Shown here: positions 9,409 through 21,953 of the stretch, piece after piece
Layout: each line of letters begins with the position of its first letter
Position numbering within the stretch: position 1 is the first letter of the stretch
NCBI GenBank assembly: GCA_965140585.1
Contig: OZ223269.1
Coordinates: 832,001-896,000, forward strand
Source of the DNA: Spirochaetia bacterium
Lineage (GTDB): Bacteria > Spirochaetota > Spirochaetia > UBA9216
DNA: 64,000 bases
Reading direction: 5' to 3'
Notes under the pieces: model-generated
Told to the model about the DNA's origin: nothing
Database searches by the model: none
Seen by the model: only the letters and a program-made list of their open reading frames with translations
Program-made: the position numbers and the translations under genes

Positions 9409-10704
9409 ATGCGTAAAGTATACAGTAAAATTGAATCAATTGCCGGAAACGTTATCACTGTCAAAGCCGACGGTATTAAATACGGAGAACTGGCGGAAGT
9501 TACATCATCACATGGGAAATCACTCGCAGATGTTATCAGACTCGATGGTGATACAGTTTCACTCCAGGTTTATTCCGGAGGCCGTGGTGTATCGACCGGT
9601 GATGAAGTTCGATTTATGAGTCATCCCATGCAGGTTGCATTTTCTGATAACCTCATGGGTAGAATTTTTACAGGAAGCGGTATGCCTCGAGACAATGGTC
9701 CGGAACTTACCGAAAATCTTATCGAAATAGGCGGACCTTCTGTTAACCCGGCCAAACGAATTATTCCCAGGAATATGATTCGTACAGGTATTCCGATGAT
9801 TGATGTATTCAACACCTTGGTTGAATCACAGAAGCTCCCTATTTTTTCAATTTCAGGTGAACCCTACAATGAACTGCTTGCAAGAATTGCTATGCAGGCA
9901 GAAGTTGATATGATTATCATCGGCGGTATGGGGCTCAAATACGACGACTACCTTTTCTTCAAAGACACTCTTGAAGAAGGAGGAGCTCTAAGCAGAACAA
10001 TCTTTTTTGTACATACCGCAGCAGATCCGATTGTAGAATGTTTACTCGTTCCGGATATTTCACTTGCAGTTGCTGAAAAGTTTGCTTTGAATGGAAAGAA
10101 GGTCCTTGTTCTTCTTACCGATATGACTAACTTTGCTGATGCAATGAAAGAAATTGCTATTACACAGGAACAGGTTCCTTCCAACCGAGGTTACCCTGGA
10201 GATCTTTACAGTCAGCTGGCTTCAAGATACGAAAAAGCTGTTGACTTTGAGGGGGCCGGTTCAATCACAATCCTTGCGGTAACTACCATGCCCGGTGACG
10301 ATGTTACTCATCCTGTACCTGATAATACCGGATACATTACCGAAGGACAGTACTATCTTAAGGGTGGAAGAATTGAGCCGTTCGGTTCACTTTCAAGACT
10401 TAAGCAGCAGGTTAACGGCGATACCAGAGAAGACCACCGTGCTCTTATGGACGGTATGATTAAACTCTATGCTGCATATCTTGAATCTATGGAAAAAAAG
10501 TCTATGGGATTCAGGATGTCAGACTGGGACACCAAGCTTCTGAAATACGGTGTTATCTTTGAGAAGGAAATGATGGACCTTACGGTTAATATCCCTCTGG
10601 AAGGTGCGCTTGATAAGGGTTGGGAAATTCTTGCGGAGTGTTTTACACCTGAAGAAACAGGACTTAAAACAGATTTACTTAAGAAATTCTGGCCAAACAA
10701 ATAA
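9409..10704 (+). CDS. ntpB: V/A-type ATP synthase subunit B
   Basis: [40 protein letters not shown]. Confidence 0.97.
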   Translation: MRKVYSKIESIAGNVITVKADGIKYGELAEVTSSHGKSLADVIRLDGDTVSLQVYSGGRGVSTGDEVRFMSHPMQVAFSDNLMGRIFTGSGMPRDNGPELTENLIEIGGPSVNPAKRIIPRNMIRTGIPMIDVFNTLVESQKLPIFSISGEPYNELLARIAMQAEVDMIIIGGMGLKYDDYLFFKDTLEEGGALSRTIFFVHTAADPIVECLLVPDISLAVAEKFALNGKKVLVLLTDMTNFADAMKEIAITQEQVPSNRGYPGDLYSQLASRYEKAVDFEGAGSITILAVTTMPGDDVTHPVPDNTGYITEGQYYLKGGRIEPFGSLSRLKQQVNGDTREDHRALMDGMIKLYAAYLESMEKKSMGFRMSDWDTKLLKYGVIFEKEMMDLTVNIPLEGALDKGWEILAECFTPEETGLKTDLLKKFWPNK

Positions 10705-10719
10705 TAACGGACGGGCTAT

Positions 10720-11322
10720 ATGGCAAAGGTAAAGCTTACCAAAAATGAGCAGAAGAAACAGAAAGATGCTCTGAAGCGATTCACCAGATATCTGCCTACA
10801 CTGCAGCTGAAAAAACAGCAGCTGCAGCTGGTTATCCGTCAGTTTGAAGCTGAGATAGAGGCTAAGCGAAAAGAGATATCTAAATACCAGGATTCACTTG
10901 AAGACTGGATTGGTGTTTTCGGTGAAGATACAGGCATCGGAGATCTTCTTCAGATAAAGGAAATAGAGAGGGAACGCGGCAATATTGCCGGTGTTGATAT
11001 CCCTGTCTTTAAAAAACTGGAATTCATGCCTGTTGAATACGATTTATTCATGATGCCGCTCTGGGTTGATAAGGGTATTATCACTATGAAAGAGCTTGCT
11101 TCTTTGAATGCTGAAATCGAAGTTCTTATAGAAGCTAAAGAGCTTCTTGATAATGAACTTCGAACAACTACTCAGAGGGTTAATCTCTTTGAAAAGGTTA
11201 AGATACCGGAGACCAAAGAGGTAATCAGAAAAATTGGTATTTACCTCGGAGACCAGCAGACGGCTGCGGTTGTACGGGGCAAGATGGCAAAAGGCAAAGT
11301 TGTAAAGGGGGCTGAAGCATGA
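10720..11322 (+). CDS. ntpD: V/A-type ATP synthase subunit D
   Basis: RYLPTLQLKKQQL, ELRTTTQRVNLFEKVKIP. Confidence 0.95.
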   Translation: MAKVKLTKNEQKKQKDALKRFTRYLPTLQLKKQQLQLVIRQFEAEIEAKRKEISKYQDSLEDWIGVFGEDTGIGDLLQIKEIERERGNIAGVDIPVFKKLEFMPVEYDLFMMPLWVDKGIITMKELASLNAEIEVLIEAKELLDNELRTTTQRVNLFEKVKIPETKEVIRKIGIYLGDQQTAAVVRGKMAKGKVVKGAEA

Positions 11323-13160
11323 TAGTTAAAATGAACAAAGTCTCCCTTGTACTGCTTGATAAATACAGAGATGAATCATTAAAGCAGCTGAGAAGGCTTG
11401 GAGTTCTCCATCTTGATGCATTGAAAGGCAATGGTGAAAAATTCGAGCATCTTTCTTCTCTGAGGGATAAACTTTCAAGTGCTCTTGTTTATGTACCTGC
11501 TGTCAGCGGAATAGAACAGCAGGCATTTAAGGGAATTATTGATTCTCTTGAGAAAGCAGATGCAATTCTTGAGAAAGTAGCCGAAAAGCAGGCTGCTTCC
11601 GAGCGGATTCTGGCTATTGTACGGGAAGTTGAAAAGATTGGTCCGCTTGGAGATTTTGATCCTTCTCTTTTGAAAACACTTGAAGAAAAAAATCTGAGAG
11701 TCACAGTTTTTAAAGCTAAAAAAACTGATGAGGCGCTCTTCACTGGCGAAAACATGTTCAGGGTTGCTGTTACTAAAAATAATCAGTTCTTTGCTGTTGT
11801 AGGTAACGTACCTGAAAATTTAAAGCCGGTTGAAACAATTGATTTTCCTGAGAAAAGTTTAACTGAACTTAATAAGGAAAAGGCTGCGCTTGGAGCTGTT
11901 ATAAATAAGCTTAATAAAGAACTGGAAGAAATGTCCTCAATGAAGATGTCTGTTTCTGAAGGTCTTAAAATTATTAATCAGGATCTTGTATATGAGAATG
12001 TAAGATCAGGAATTAATAAGGAAGAGGACCTGTCATATTTAAGCGGTTTCTGTCCTGCAGAGAACCTTGATAAGCTTAAGGCCAAAGCAGCTGAAGAAGG
12101 TTGGGGTCTGCTTATTGAAGAACCAACAGAAGAAGATGAGGTTCCAACTGAACTGAAGGTAGGAAAGTTCACTTCAATGCTGTCTCCGGTTCTTGATTTT
12201 CTTGGAATTCTTCCCGGTTACAGGGAGTACGACATCAGCTTCTTCTTCCTGTGTTTTTTCTCGATTTTTACTGCTATGCTTATCGGTGATGCCGGTTACG
12301 GCCTGATTTTTCTTGCGGTAACTGCGATTGTAATGATTGCATTCGGTTCGAAGAAAAAGCCTATACCAAAGGCGGTATTCCTTCTTCTTCTGCTCAGTGT
12401 AACGACAATTGCCTGGGGTATCGTCACGGGTACCTGGTTTGCTAGCCAGAGCATAATGGAAATCGGTCCGATTGCTGCGCTGAAACTTGATGTTTTTAAG
12501 GGCAGTGACGAAGAACAGATTGCTGTTGTAATGGGTATTAGCTTTTTTCTTGGTATTGTTCAGCTTCTTATCGGAGTGGTTCAGAACTTTAAAAAGAACT
12601 TCCCGAAAAAGAACAGTTTCGCACAGATCGGATGGTTCGCGGTACTGATAGCAGTTTACTACCTTGTACTTGTGCTTGTAGTAAGGCGTGCAGGGCTTGA
12701 TACCTACCCGAAACAGATGATATATCTGCTTCTCGGAGGAGTAGCTGTAATCTTCTTATTCGGAGGACAGGAAGAAGGTCAGAGTTTTATCAAGGGAATT
12801 ATTAATTCTCTGACAAACTTTCTGCAGCTTTTCCTTGATGTTGTGGGAACCTTTTCGGATATCATGTCCTATGTAAGGCTGTTTGCCGTTGGACTTGCAT
12901 CCGTTAAAATCGCGGAAACATTTAATCAGCTCGGGGCTGGAATGTCTGGCAGCTGGATGATAGTGTTTGGTATTTTAATTATTATAATCGGTCATACGCT
13001 TAACATAGTACTTGGTCTTATGGCTATCCTTGTACATGCAGTGCGTTTGAATATCCTGGAATATTCCGGAAAAGTCGGCGTCGAATGGTCCGGATTTAAA
13101 TACGACCCCTTTAAGGTTAGTGTCGACGAAAGTCAAAGCTATAAAGGAGAATTTATATGA
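11319..13160 (+). CDS. ntpI: V/A-type ATP synthase subunit I (a)
   Basis: PGYREYD, GDAGYG, DIMSYVRLFAVGLA with essential Arg, VHAVRLNILEY. Confidence 0.95.
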   Translation: MIVKMNKVSLVLLDKYRDESLKQLRRLGVLHLDALKGNGEKFEHLSSLRDKLSSALVYVPAVSGIEQQAFKGIIDSLEKADAILEKVAEKQAASERILAIVREVEKIGPLGDFDPSLLKTLEEKNLRVTVFKAKKTDEALFTGENMFRVAVTKNNQFFAVVGNVPENLKPVETIDFPEKSLTELNKEKAALGAVINKLNKELEEMSSMKMSVSEGLKIINQDLVYENVRSGINKEEDLSYLSGFCPAENLDKLKAKAAEEGWGLLIEEPTEEDEVPTELKVGKFTSMLSPVLDFLGILPGYREYDISFFFLCFFSIFTAMLIGDAGYGLIFLAVTAIVMIAFGSKKKPIPKAVFLLLLLSVTTIAWGIVTGTWFASQSIMEIGPIAALKLDVFKGSDEEQIAVVMGISFFLGIVQLLIGVVQNFKKNFPKKNSFAQIGWFAVLIAVYYLVLVLVVRRAGLDTYPKQMIYLLLGGVAVIFLFGGQEEGQSFIKGIINSLTNFLQLFLDVVGTFSDIMSYVRLFAVGLASVKIAETFNQLGAGMSGSWMIVFGILIIIIGHTLNIVLGLMAILVHAVRLNILEYSGKVGVEWSGFKYDPFKVSVDESQSYKGEFI

Positions 13161-13576
13161 GTTTTGGAATTATTGGTCAGGCTGCAGCACTAGGTCTTGC
13201 AGCAGTAGGTTCAGCACTTGGATGTGGTACAGCCGCACAGGGCGCGGTTGGAGCATGGAAGAAAGCACTTGCAGCAAATAAAGCACCAAGTATGCTTCTT
13301 GCAGCGTTCGTAGGTTTCCCTCTTTCTCAGACACTCTACGGATTTCTGGTAATGCTCGTAGTTGTTCCTGCAAAAACAGGCGACATGAAGCAACTTGCAA
13401 CCGGACTTTTCGGCGGACTCGCTATCGGAATGTCTGCATGGCTTCAGGGTAAAGCAGCGGCAGTAGCTTGTGATGCTCAGTCAGAAACAGGTAAGGGTAC
13501 AGCTCAGTATGTACTTGCACTTGGTATTGTTGAGTCTGTAGCTATTCTCGTACTCGCATTCCTGTTCCTTATCTAA
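13157..13576 (+). CDS. ntpK: V/A-type ATP synthase subunit K (c), 4-TM, Na+-type signature
   Basis: PLSQTLYG, SAWLQG, GIVES. Confidence 0.92.
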   Translation: MSFGIIGQAAALGLAAVGSALGCGTAAQGAVGAWKKALAANKAPSMLLAAFVGFPLSQTLYGFLVMLVVVPAKTGDMKQLATGLFGGLAIGMSAWLQGKAAAVACDAQSETGKGTAQYVLALGIVESVAILVLAFLFLI

Positions 13577-13585
13577 TGGAAGAAT

Positions 13586-13609
13586 GGGGCTGCTAAAACA
13601 GCCCCTTTT
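13586..13609 (+). terminator. Rho-independent terminator after the V-ATPase operon
   Basis: GGGGCTG-ctaaaa-CAGCCCC followed by TTTT. Confidence 0.75.
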
Positions 13610-13618
13610 ATCCCCTTA

Positions 13619-14674
13619 ATGAAAAATAAAACACGCACAATAAACGTCGGCAGGATTGCTATAGGCGGTGAGAACAGGATTAGTGTGCAGACAATGTGGA
13701 AACGAAGTCTGCATAATTTATCAGAAACGGACCTTAATGAAATTAAGAGTCTGCAGGATTTCGGATGTGACATAATCAGATTTTCCGTTCCTGATATGAA
13801 AAGCGCCGGTATTCTTAAAAAACTTAAACCTCAAATATCTATACCTGTAGTAGCTGATATACACTTTGATTATAAAATTGCTCTTGAATGTATAAATAAT
13901 GGAATTGACAAGATACGAATCAATCCGGGTAATATCGGGCCGGAATGGAAGGTTCGGGAAGTTTTAACTTCAGCTTCCGACAGCAATATTCCAATACGAG
14001 TCGGTATAAATTCCGGTTCATTGCCTGAGACGGTCTCAGGTTTAGATAATATAGCTGATGCCATGATTCAAGCCGCAGAAAAAGAAATTGAAATACTTGA
14101 AAAAATGAATTTCAGAAATGCTGTTTTTTCTCTGAAAGCATCTGATATTGAAAATACAATCATTGCTAATGAAGAATTTTCCAAAAATTGGAATTATCCT
14201 CTGCATATAGGTATTACTGAAGCCGGTCCGGGTACAGCAGGTACTGTAAAAAGTTCAATAGCTTTTTACAGACTTCTTGAAAAAGGTATTGGAGACACCA
14301 TCCGGGTTTCACTGACCGATACACCGCTTAATGAAGTAATTACAGGCCGCGAGATACTAAAAGCCTGTGGGAAGAGTAATTACGGCGTGGATATCATATC
14401 CTGTCCAAGGTGCGGTCGATCTACGTTCAACACTACTGAATTCATAAACAGTGTGTATTCTGACCTTTACCTGATTAAAAAGCCTCTGAAAATTGCTGTA
14501 ATGGGCTGTATAGTAAACGGCCCGGGTGAAGCTCTTCATGCGGACTTAGGCATCACAGGAAGTGGAAAAAAGGCAGTTATTTTTAAACATGGTAAAATTA
14601 TTAGAAAAGTTGACGAAAATAACAGTATTGAGGTGTTCCTTGAGGAACTGAAAGCACTTGATTCTGAGGTTTAG
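13619..14674 (+). CDS. ispG: (E)-4-hydroxy-3-methylbut-2-enyl-diphosphate synthase
   Basis: VADIHFDY, RINPGNIG, LHIGITEAG, SCPRCGR, VMGCIVNGPGE. Confidence 0.96.
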   Translation: MKNKTRTINVGRIAIGGENRISVQTMWKRSLHNLSETDLNEIKSLQDFGCDIIRFSVPDMKSAGILKKLKPQISIPVVADIHFDYKIALECINNGIDKIRINPGNIGPEWKVREVLTSASDSNIPIRVGINSGSLPETVSGLDNIADAMIQAAEKEIEILEKMNFRNAVFSLKASDIENTIIANEEFSKNWNYPLHIGITEAGPGTAGTVKSSIAFYRLLEKGIGDTIRVSLTDTPLNEVITGREILKACGKSNYGVDIISCPRCGRSTFNTTEFINSVYSDLYLIKKPLKIAVMGCIVNGPGEALHADLGITGSGKKAVIFKHGKIIRKVDENNSIEVFLEELKALDSEV

Positions 14675-14677
14675 TTT

Positions 14678-15616
14678 TTGAAAAAGATTTTTTCAGTCTT
14701 TTTTCTAATTTTATTGGCAACATCAATATTTGCTCAGCGTATCCCCGATCAGGAAAGAGTTGCTTTCATCGAAGAAACATACATGAATAATTTACCTGTA
14801 TGGCTGATGATGGAAAGAGGCCGTGAAGCATTTGAGCTGGGTGAATTAGGTTTAGCATCAAGAATATTCCGTGAAATAATAGACAGAGACTCACTCTCAC
14901 CTGATGCAGAAATGTGGCTTGGCTATATATATGAGCAGGAAGGTGAACCTCTACTTGCTGAAAAACAGTATCTGAAAGCACTTGAGAATAAAAATCAGCT
15001 TTATATCCTTGAGGACAGATTCACCCTGATGTACAGACTCACAGAAATCTATCGTGTTACAGGTCAGTATGGACAGTATGAAAAAATACTGATAGACATA
15101 ATTGAGAATGACGAAGGCTTCAACACAAACTTCAGGCTTTTTTATGCCATGACAGATGTACTCACTAATAGAGGTGTTGATAAGCTTTTCGAACTTTACC
15201 GGTATACGGATGGTAAATTCAACAGTGCACGTATCGGTCTGGGTATTTTTTATTATCAGACAGGACGATATTCAGAAGCTGAATTGAATTTAACAGTTCC
15301 TTTTGTATCAATTTTATCAACAGGTTTTGATTATTTATATGAGAAAAGAGGTGATTATGAATACTCTACAGTAAGAGATCATATATCATCCATGCAGGCT
15401 GATGTAATACTTACCGAATACATGCAGGAAAACAGTTTTTTCCGTTCAGCCTACTATCTGGCAGCAGCTATGTACGCAGAGGGTAATCTTGATGTTTCCA
15501 ATGAGCTATGGCAGATAATAAAAGACTTTGACAGCCCCGACAGCATTTGGTCTATCAGGTCAGCCCGACAGCTGAATTCTCCTTTCATAGAGCCTCTGAT
15601 TTCACCCCGTACTTGA
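14678..15616 (+). CDS. Exported TPR-repeat protein
   Basis: Signal peptide MKKIFSVFFLILLATSIFAQ; TPR-like helices (AEMWLGYIYEQEG). Confidence 0.75.
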   Translation: MKKIFSVFFLILLATSIFAQRIPDQERVAFIEETYMNNLPVWLMMERGREAFELGELGLASRIFREIIDRDSLSPDAEMWLGYIYEQEGEPLLAEKQYLKALENKNQLYILEDRFTLMYRLTEIYRVTGQYGQYEKILIDIIENDEGFNTNFRLFYAMTDVLTNRGVDKLFELYRYTDGKFNSARIGLGIFYYQTGRYSEAELNLTVPFVSILSTGFDYLYEKRGDYEYSTVRDHISSMQADVILTEYMQENSFFRSAYYLAAAMYAEGNLDVSNELWQIIKDFDSPDSIWSIRSARQLNSPFIEPLISPRT

Positions 15617-15641
15617 ACAGCACAGAAATTAATCGTAACTT
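15613..15641 (+). promoter_or_regulatory. Possible uvrA promoter (very short leader)
   Basis: TTGAAC-17nt-TAACTT, 9 nt before ATG 15651; no SD. Confidence 0.3.
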
Positions 15642-15650
15642 TCTCTTAGT

Positions 15651-18470
15651 ATGGACAAAATAATAATTAAAGGCGCAAGGGAACATAACCTTAAGAATAT
15701 CAGCCTTGAACTCCCAAGAGACAGTTTTATTGTAATTTCAGGATTAAGCGGCAGCGGTAAATCATCGCTTGCATTTGATACAATCTTTGCAGAAGGACAG
15801 CGGCGGTATGTAGAAAGCCTTTCTTCTTATGCCAGACAGTTCCTGGGACGTCTTGATAAACCTGACCTTGACTATATTGAGGGTCTTTCACCTGCTATTT
15901 CGATAGAGCAGAAAACCACTCACAGGAATCCCCGTTCGACTGTAGGTACTGTTACCGAAATTTATGATTACCTGAGACTCCTCTTTGCCAGAATAGGCAA
16001 GCCTCACTGCCCGGATTGCGGTCGAGAGATAAAGGAGCAGTCAGTTGATCAGATAATAGATACTGTAATGTCCTATCCTGAAAACAGCCGGATAATGCTT
16101 CTTGCACCGGTCATAAAAGGTAAGAAAGGCGAACATCAGAAGATTCTTGAGGATGCTTCAAAAGCAGGATTTGCAAGAGCCCGAATTGATGGTGTCCCTG
16201 TAAATCTTGATGAACCGATCAGTCTTGAAAAAAATAAAAAACATACAATTGAAATTATTGTTGATCGTCTGATAATAAATAATGATATCAGAAAACGTGT
16301 TGCCGAATCGGTTGAAACCTGTCTTGAAGTTGCCGACGGGCAGATACTGGTAATAAAAAAAGAAGAGAAAGAAGAACATTCAGAGTTTTTCTCTATAAAA
16401 AATTCCTGTGCTCACTGCGGAATAAGCATACCTGAGCTGGAACCAAGGTTATTTTCATTCAATAATCCTGAGGGTGCGTGTCCGGTCTGTTCCGGATTAG
16501 GAATGACACTTGAATTTGATAAAAACCTTGTCATTCCGGATATGAGCCTTTCTTTTAACGATGGCGCTGTAAAAACCCACAATCCTGAAGCAAACTGGCA
16601 TAGAAGCTGGTTTGAAGCACTTTCCAGTCATTATAAATTCAGTCTTGATACACCATTTGATAAACTGCCTAAAAAAATAGTAGATATAATACTTTATGGA
16701 ACAAAAGATAAGATTGACGTCAGCTATGTAAACAGTAAAAAAACTGGCAAGTTTGAATACACAACCAATTTTAACGGTATTCTAGCGGAATTGAAAAGAA
16801 GATATCTTGAATCTTCAAGCAGCTACATAAAAGAATGGCTGGAAGGTTTTATGAGCCAGAATGAATGTACCGCCTGCGACGGAAAGCGCTTAAGAAAAGA
16901 AAGTCTTGGTGTCCTGATTAATGGTAAGAATATAAATGAAGTAACATGTCTGACGGTCGGCGACGCTCAGAATTTTTTTGAGAATCTTAATCTGACGGAA
17001 ACTGAGGCAAAAATCTCCAACCAGATTCTCAAAGAGATCAATTCAAGGCTCGGATTTATGATAAGCGTAGGGTTGGATTATCTTGACCTGGAAAGAAAGG
17101 CTTCTACACTGTCAGGAGGTGAGGCTCAGAGAATAAGACTTGCTACACAGATTGGTTCTTCTCTTGTAGGGGTTCTTTATATCCTTGATGAACCCACAAT
17201 TGGTCTTCACCAGAGGGACAATCAGCGGCTTATAGATACTCTTAAGCATCTGCGCGATATAGGCAACACCCTTGTTGTTGTCGAACACGATGAACAAACT
17301 CTTAAAACAGCCGACTATATTGTCGACCTCGGGCCCGGAGCCGGTGTTCATGGCGGTTATATAACTGCTCAGGGAACTTACGATGAGGTTGTAGGGAATG
17401 AAAGCAGCCTTACGGGTCAGTATCTGTCAGGGAAAATCAAAATTGATGTGCCTGAAAAAAGAAGGGAAGGAAACGGCAATTCTATAAAGATTTCTGGTGC
17501 TGCTGAGCATAATTTAAAAAATGTAAACGCAGATTTTCCTCTTGGGAAATTTATTGTTATAACCGGAGTATCAGGCAGCGGGAAATCGACTCTTCTTGGT
17601 GATATTCTTTATCCTGCTATCAACAATAAAATAAACAGGTCAAATATCGCCTGCGGTAAACATAAGTCTGTGGAAGGCCTTGAGCATATTGATAAAATCA
17701 TAAACATAGATCAGAGTCCTATTGGAAGAACTCCCAGATCAAATCCGGCAACTTACGTTGGATTATTCACCCCGGTAAGAGAACTCTTTTCAAATCTGCC
17801 TGAATCCAAGGCCAGGGGATATAAACCGGGAAGATTCTCATTTAACGTCAAAGGCGGCCGCTGTGAGCACTGTCAGGGCGACGGTACAAAGAAAATTGAA
17901 ATGCACTTCCTTCCTGATGTATATGTAACCTGTGATGTTTGCGGAGGAAAGCGGTTTAACCGTGAAACACTTGATATCAGATATAAAGGTAAGAACATCT
18001 ATGAAGTTCTAGAGATGACTGTAGAAGAAAGTCTGGAGTTTTTTGATAAAATACCCAAGATAAAAAACAAACTTCAGACTCTCAGCGATGTCGGACTTGA
18101 ATATATAAAGCTGGGACAGTCAGCTTTAACCCTCTCAGGAGGAGAGGCTCAGAGAGTCAAGCTCGCACTTGAGCTCTCAAAGCGAAGTACCGGAAAAACA
18201 TTTTATATCCTGGATGAACCTACTACAGGACTGCATTTCGCGGATGTAAAAAAACTTCTTGAAGTGCTGCAGCTCCTGGTTGAAAAAGGTAATACTATCG
18301 TTCTTATCGAACATAACCTTGATGTTATTAAGCAGGCTGATCACATTATAGACCTGGGGCCGGAAGGAGGAGTTCGCGGCGGAACTATTGTTGCCTCGGG
18401 AACCCCGGAGGAAGTGGCGGAGTGTAAAGAATCTTACACGGGCTATTATCTTAAGGATGTTTTAACCTGA
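15651..18470 (+). CDS. uvrA: Excinuclease ABC subunit A
   Basis: Two ABC ATPase modules ([26 protein letters not shown] twice) and Zn fingers. Confidence 0.98.
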   Translation: MDKIIIKGAREHNLKNISLELPRDSFIVISGLSGSGKSSLAFDTIFAEGQRRYVESLSSYARQFLGRLDKPDLDYIEGLSPAISIEQKTTHRNPRSTVGTVTEIYDYLRLLFARIGKPHCPDCGREIKEQSVDQIIDTVMSYPENSRIMLLAPVIKGKKGEHQKILEDASKAGFARARIDGVPVNLDEPISLEKNKKHTIEIIVDRLIINNDIRKRVAESVETCLEVADGQILVIKKEEKEEHSEFFSIKNSCAHCGISIPELEPRLFSFNNPEGACPVCSGLGMTLEFDKNLVIPDMSLSFNDGAVKTHNPEANWHRSWFEALSSHYKFSLDTPFDKLPKKIVDIILYGTKDKIDVSYVNSKKTGKFEYTTNFNGILAELKRRYLESSSSYIKEWLEGFMSQNECTACDGKRLRKESLGVLINGKNINEVTCLTVGDAQNFFENLNLTETEAKISNQILKEINSRLGFMISVGLDYLDLERKASTLSGGEAQRIRLATQIGSSLVGVLYILDEPTIGLHQRDNQRLIDTLKHLRDIGNTLVVVEHDEQTLKTADYIVDLGPGAGVHGGYITAQGTYDEVVGNESSLTGQYLSGKIKIDVPEKRREGNGNSIKISGAAEHNLKNVNADFPLGKFIVITGVSGSGKSTLLGDILYPAINNKINRSNIACGKHKSVEGLEHIDKIINIDQSPIGRTPRSNPATYVGLFTPVRELFSNLPESKARGYKPGRFSFNVKGGRCEHCQGDGTKKIEMHFLPDVYVTCDVCGGKRFNRETLDIRYKGKNIYEVLEMTVEESLEFFDKIPKIKNKLQTLSDVGLEYIKLGQSALTLSGGEAQRVKLALELSKRSTGKTFYILDEPTTGLHFADVKKLLEVLQLLVEKGNTIVLIEHNLDVIKQADHIIDLGPEGGVRGGTIVASGTPEEVAECKESYTGYYLKDVLT

Positions 18471-21400
18471 ATAACAGAAAGTTGGTTTTTTCAGTATTTT
18501 TCTTTATTCTCTTTTCAGGATGGCAGATTTACAGTCAGGAAGTCATAGCTGCTGATGAGATTCCTTCAACTGAATCCTCATCTGAGATTGATGAAACACC
18601 TGATTCAGTTATTTCAGATGAACTCAGCCTCTACGATAGAACGCTTTATTATGACATTTCTACAGCAGATTATTACGAACTTAAACACTGGTGTGAAAGA
18701 TTGGGGCTTGATTCAACAGGCACCATAAATGAACTTCGGAAAAAACTTTACACCTATTATAATGTTAATAATTCCCTGCCGCCTCAAGCTAATCAGACAA
18801 GCGGTAAGGGGAATATAATCACAATTGAAAAAGCAGATAATCTGGATTATTTCACCATAGATCCTGTAGATGAAAATTATGTAAAAATCAGCGGTGATGT
18901 TTTTCTTAAGATGAAAGATGAAGAAACCGGTGAGATCCACATCATCAAGGCAGATACTATTCTATTTAATTTTAAAGAAAATTTTCTGAGTGCTGTTGGG
19001 AATATCGATTACCAGCTTGAAGGAAGCGATAAAACAGAACATTTTACTGGAAATGCAATTACTTTCAATGTTGAGAATTGGGAAGGTTTATTTGACAAGG
19101 GTGTATCGCAGGAAGACAAAGAAATTGAAGATTCCAGCGTTAAATTTTACTTTAAGGGTGATTTGATAAATAAAACAGCTGAGAATTATGTAATTCTTAG
19201 AAAAGGAGAAATTACCTCATGCAGTTCAGATGACCCTCACTATAAAATAAAAGCTGATAAGATCTGGCTGCTCAGCGGCGATGAATGGGCAATATATAAC
19301 GGGGTTCTATATGTCGGCCGTATTCCAATACTCTACATTCCGGGTCTTATAAAAACCGGAGATGAAATATTTTTTAATCCTGTTTTCGGTTATAAAGACA
19401 GTTATGGATATTTTTTGCAGACCACAACCTATCTGATTGGTAAGAAGGAAGATGATCAGACTTCATTTTCATTTCTGCAGAGTGATGAAGAAAGCGGCTA
19501 TCAGAAACTTAACGGTATATTTCTTACAGATGATCCTGAACCTGGTGAATTTTCCAAAAAAATTCAGGATTATGGAAATAACGGCAATAATTATTTAAAA
19601 ATTCTATTTGACTATTACTCAGTATATGGCTACTTTGCCGCACTAGATGGAGATCTCAGCGAGCTCGGGTTTCTTGATAATATTTCAATATATACATCCC
19701 TTGCAGGTAAGCGTGTAACTGATAACGGGAGCTATCTTTTTAAAGATGACGAAGGCCTTTATTCTCCTGTCTGGCTTTCTTCTTATTTCTATAAAACCAA
19801 TCTGCCGTTCAGATATGCTTTTGATTTATCGACAAGTTTAAGTCTTGGGAAATTTAATCTTCAACTTGATCTGCCTTTTTATTCTGATGAAGATATTCTA
19901 AGTGATTACTCAACACGGTCTGAAACACTCGATCTTGCTGACTTTGTCGGATTAGAAACTTCAGCTGAGGAGACAAATAGTTCTACAACTGTATCTTATT
20001 ACAAGTGGGGCTTACAGACCTCTTTCAGTCCGGATTTGAAAATTCTTTCACCTTATTTAAAATCATTAAGTATCAGTGACCTTGATGCTTACATCAACTG
20101 GGTCTCTTCTGATTTCCCAGATGACTGGGAAGATGATACTGTTAATAATTTCTATTATCCAGACAGTATAATTTTCCCTTCAGTGAGTGCCAGTATATCA
20201 GGTTCTATTCTGCCTTTTAAAAGCAGTTCTGTAAGTGAAACTGAAACAGCAGATGAAGGAAATGAAACCGTAGATATTAGTTTAAGATCGCCCTGGCAGA
20301 ATGATTCTGAAAATGAAAATGGTGAAAAAAGTATTACTGATGAGCCTGAAAGCAGACTTCCCAAGATGCAGAATGATATTGATTTCGATTTTGATAATTC
20401 AAATCTTAGCGGTTCGTTCATGGATAATAGTCTAAGTTATACAATAAGTCCGTCTTTTACAAATAAAAGTCAGTATTATGATGAGGAATGGGATACTCCT
20501 GAAGATATAGATGATGCAGTTGAGTACAGCTATCAGAGTATGAGTCTTAGTTCAAGTTTGAAATATACCGGTGATTTTTTTTACGATAAAATAAAAATTA
20601 TAAATAATGTAAATTTCAGCGGAAAATATAATCAGCATTATAATATGGACTTGCTGGATGAAGATACTGCAGATAATTATCTGCAGGAAGATAAAGAATC
20701 AACAAATTTAAATATTAAAGATGTTTTTACCTTGAAATATTATCCTTCAGTCAATGAAGATTATTTTTCCGGAACTAATTTGAGCTATAATCTGTCAACT
20801 GTTATCTACGATTACAGCTATGAATCGGATGATGAGCTTTTTGTAACTGATACTTTTCAATGGGATACAGATCATATCAGTGCACAAACGCTTCAGATGT
20901 ATTTTCCCCTTGAAATAGGTGCTTACAGCCATAATCTGACACTTAAAACTACACTTCCTCCGGTTGATTTTGATTCGAGCGCCAATTTTAAGATGTCTTT
21001 CGGGCCGTCAAATACAACACTTGATACAGCTTTAAGTCTTGAAGATGATGAATTTGTTTATGAGCCGTTAACAGTTCTTGAAAAAATTACTTTTTTTGAT
21101 AATACCTATTTAAGCAACAGCTTTAATTATAATTACGAAGAATCTTTTTTTGAAACCAACACTTCAGCAGGTCAGCTTAATCTTTTTGACGGTAATTTAA
21201 ATCTATATACAAATCTTGTATATGATTTTGAAAATGATGAGCCAGTAAATCTTTCAGCTAAATTGAAACTATGGGATTTTACAGCTGAATATAAAATGAC
21301 TAATACTTATCCGGAATATTTTAATTCGGAAAGCGGCTGGGTTGATGAGGATGAAGAAGCGTTTATACCCTCAAGTTTTACTGCAGCTTATGAAACCAGT

Positions 21401-21904
21401 TATTCAACCGGACTGTTCTGGAAAAATAGGGCTGAATTTACAGTCGATATTGACAGCAGTCTTGATTTTAATTTAATTGAATACACGGAATCACAATTTT
21501 TATTTTCTTTTGCATTAACAGTGGATATTTTTGAGTTTATGAATCTTACATTTTCCACAAACAGTCAGAATCTGGCTGTTTTCAGATATATTCCCTCTCT
21601 TGCAGAGGAAACAGGTGTCAGCACCCTTAATATTTTCAATGATTTATACAAATCATTCAATTTTTTCGATGTTAATGATCGTCGCGAGTCATATTTCAAC
21701 CTGAAGAACATAAATATTACTCTGACCCATGATCTTCATGACTGGGATCTTAATCTTACATACAGCGGTTCTCCGTATATTGATGACAGCGGCAGCGAGT
21801 ACCAGTATGATTGGGGGACTGAGATCACCATCAGTATGAAATGGAAGGGTATTCCTGAAATAAAATCAGATATCAGTATTGATAACGGTGAAATAAGTTT
21901 TTAA
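18467..21904 (+). CDS. lptD: LptD-like outer-membrane assembly protein (possible CTG start 18467; TTG 18482 alternative)
   Basis: Signal peptide; OstA/LptD-type [31 protein letters not shown]; C-terminal beta-strand region THDLHDWDL; follows uvrA as in other spirochaetes. Confidence 0.8.
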   Translation: MNNRKLVFSVFFFILFSGWQIYSQEVIAADEIPSTESSSEIDETPDSVISDELSLYDRTLYYDISTADYYELKHWCERLGLDSTGTINELRKKLYTYYNVNNSLPPQANQTSGKGNIITIEKADNLDYFTIDPVDENYVKISGDVFLKMKDEETGEIHIIKADTILFNFKENFLSAVGNIDYQLEGSDKTEHFTGNAITFNVENWEGLFDKGVSQEDKEIEDSSVKFYFKGDLINKTAENYVILRKGEITSCSSDDPHYKIKADKIWLLSGDEWAIYNGVLYVGRIPILYIPGLIKTGDEIFFNPVFGYKDSYGYFLQTTTYLIGKKEDDQTSFSFLQSDEESGYQKLNGIFLTDDPEPGEFSKKIQDYGNNGNNYLKILFDYYSVYGYFAALDGDLSELGFLDNISIYTSLAGKRVTDNGSYLFKDDEGLYSPVWLSSYFYKTNLPFRYAFDLSTSLSLGKFNLQLDLPFYSDEDILSDYSTRSETLDLADFVGLETSAEETNSSTTVSYYKWGLQTSFSPDLKILSPYLKSLSISDLDAYINWVSSDFPDDWEDDTVNNFYYPDSIIFPSVSASISGSILPFKSSSVSETETADEGNETVDISLRSPWQNDSENENGEKSITDEPESRLPKMQNDIDFDFDNSNLSGSFMDNSLSYTISPSFTNKSQYYDEEWDTPEDIDDAVEYSYQSMSLSSSLKYTGDFFYDKIKIINNVNFSGKYNQHYNMDLLDEDTADNYLQEDKESTNLNIKDVFTLKYYPSVNEDYFSGTNLSYNLSTVIYDYSYESDDELFVTDTFQWDTDHISAQTLQMYFPLEIGAYSHNLTLKTTLPPVDFDSSANFKMSFGPSNTTLDTALSLEDDEFVYEPLTVLEKITFFDNTYLSNSFNYNYEESFFETNTSAGQLNLFDGNLNLYTNLVYDFENDEPVNLSAKLKLWDFTAEYKMTNTYPEYFNSESGWVDEDEEAFIPSSFTAAYETSYSTGLFWKNRAEFTVDIDSSLDFNLIEYTESQFLFSFALTVDIFEFMNLTFSTNSQNLAVFRYIPSLAEETGVSTLNIFNDLYKSFNFFDVNDRRESYFNLKNINITLTHDLHDWDLNLTYSGSPYIDDSGSEYQYDWGTEITISMKWKGIPEIKSDISIDNGEISF

Positions 21905-21905
21905 C

Positions 21906-21935
21906 TTGACTCATCGCGTCGTGATTAGCTACACT
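21906..21935 (+). promoter_or_regulatory. Putative sigma70 promoter of the phoH operon
   Basis: TTGACT-18nt-TACACT, then AAGGAG RBS before TTG 21954. Confidence 0.5.
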
Positions 21936-21953
21936 TGTCCATAAGGAGAAGAC

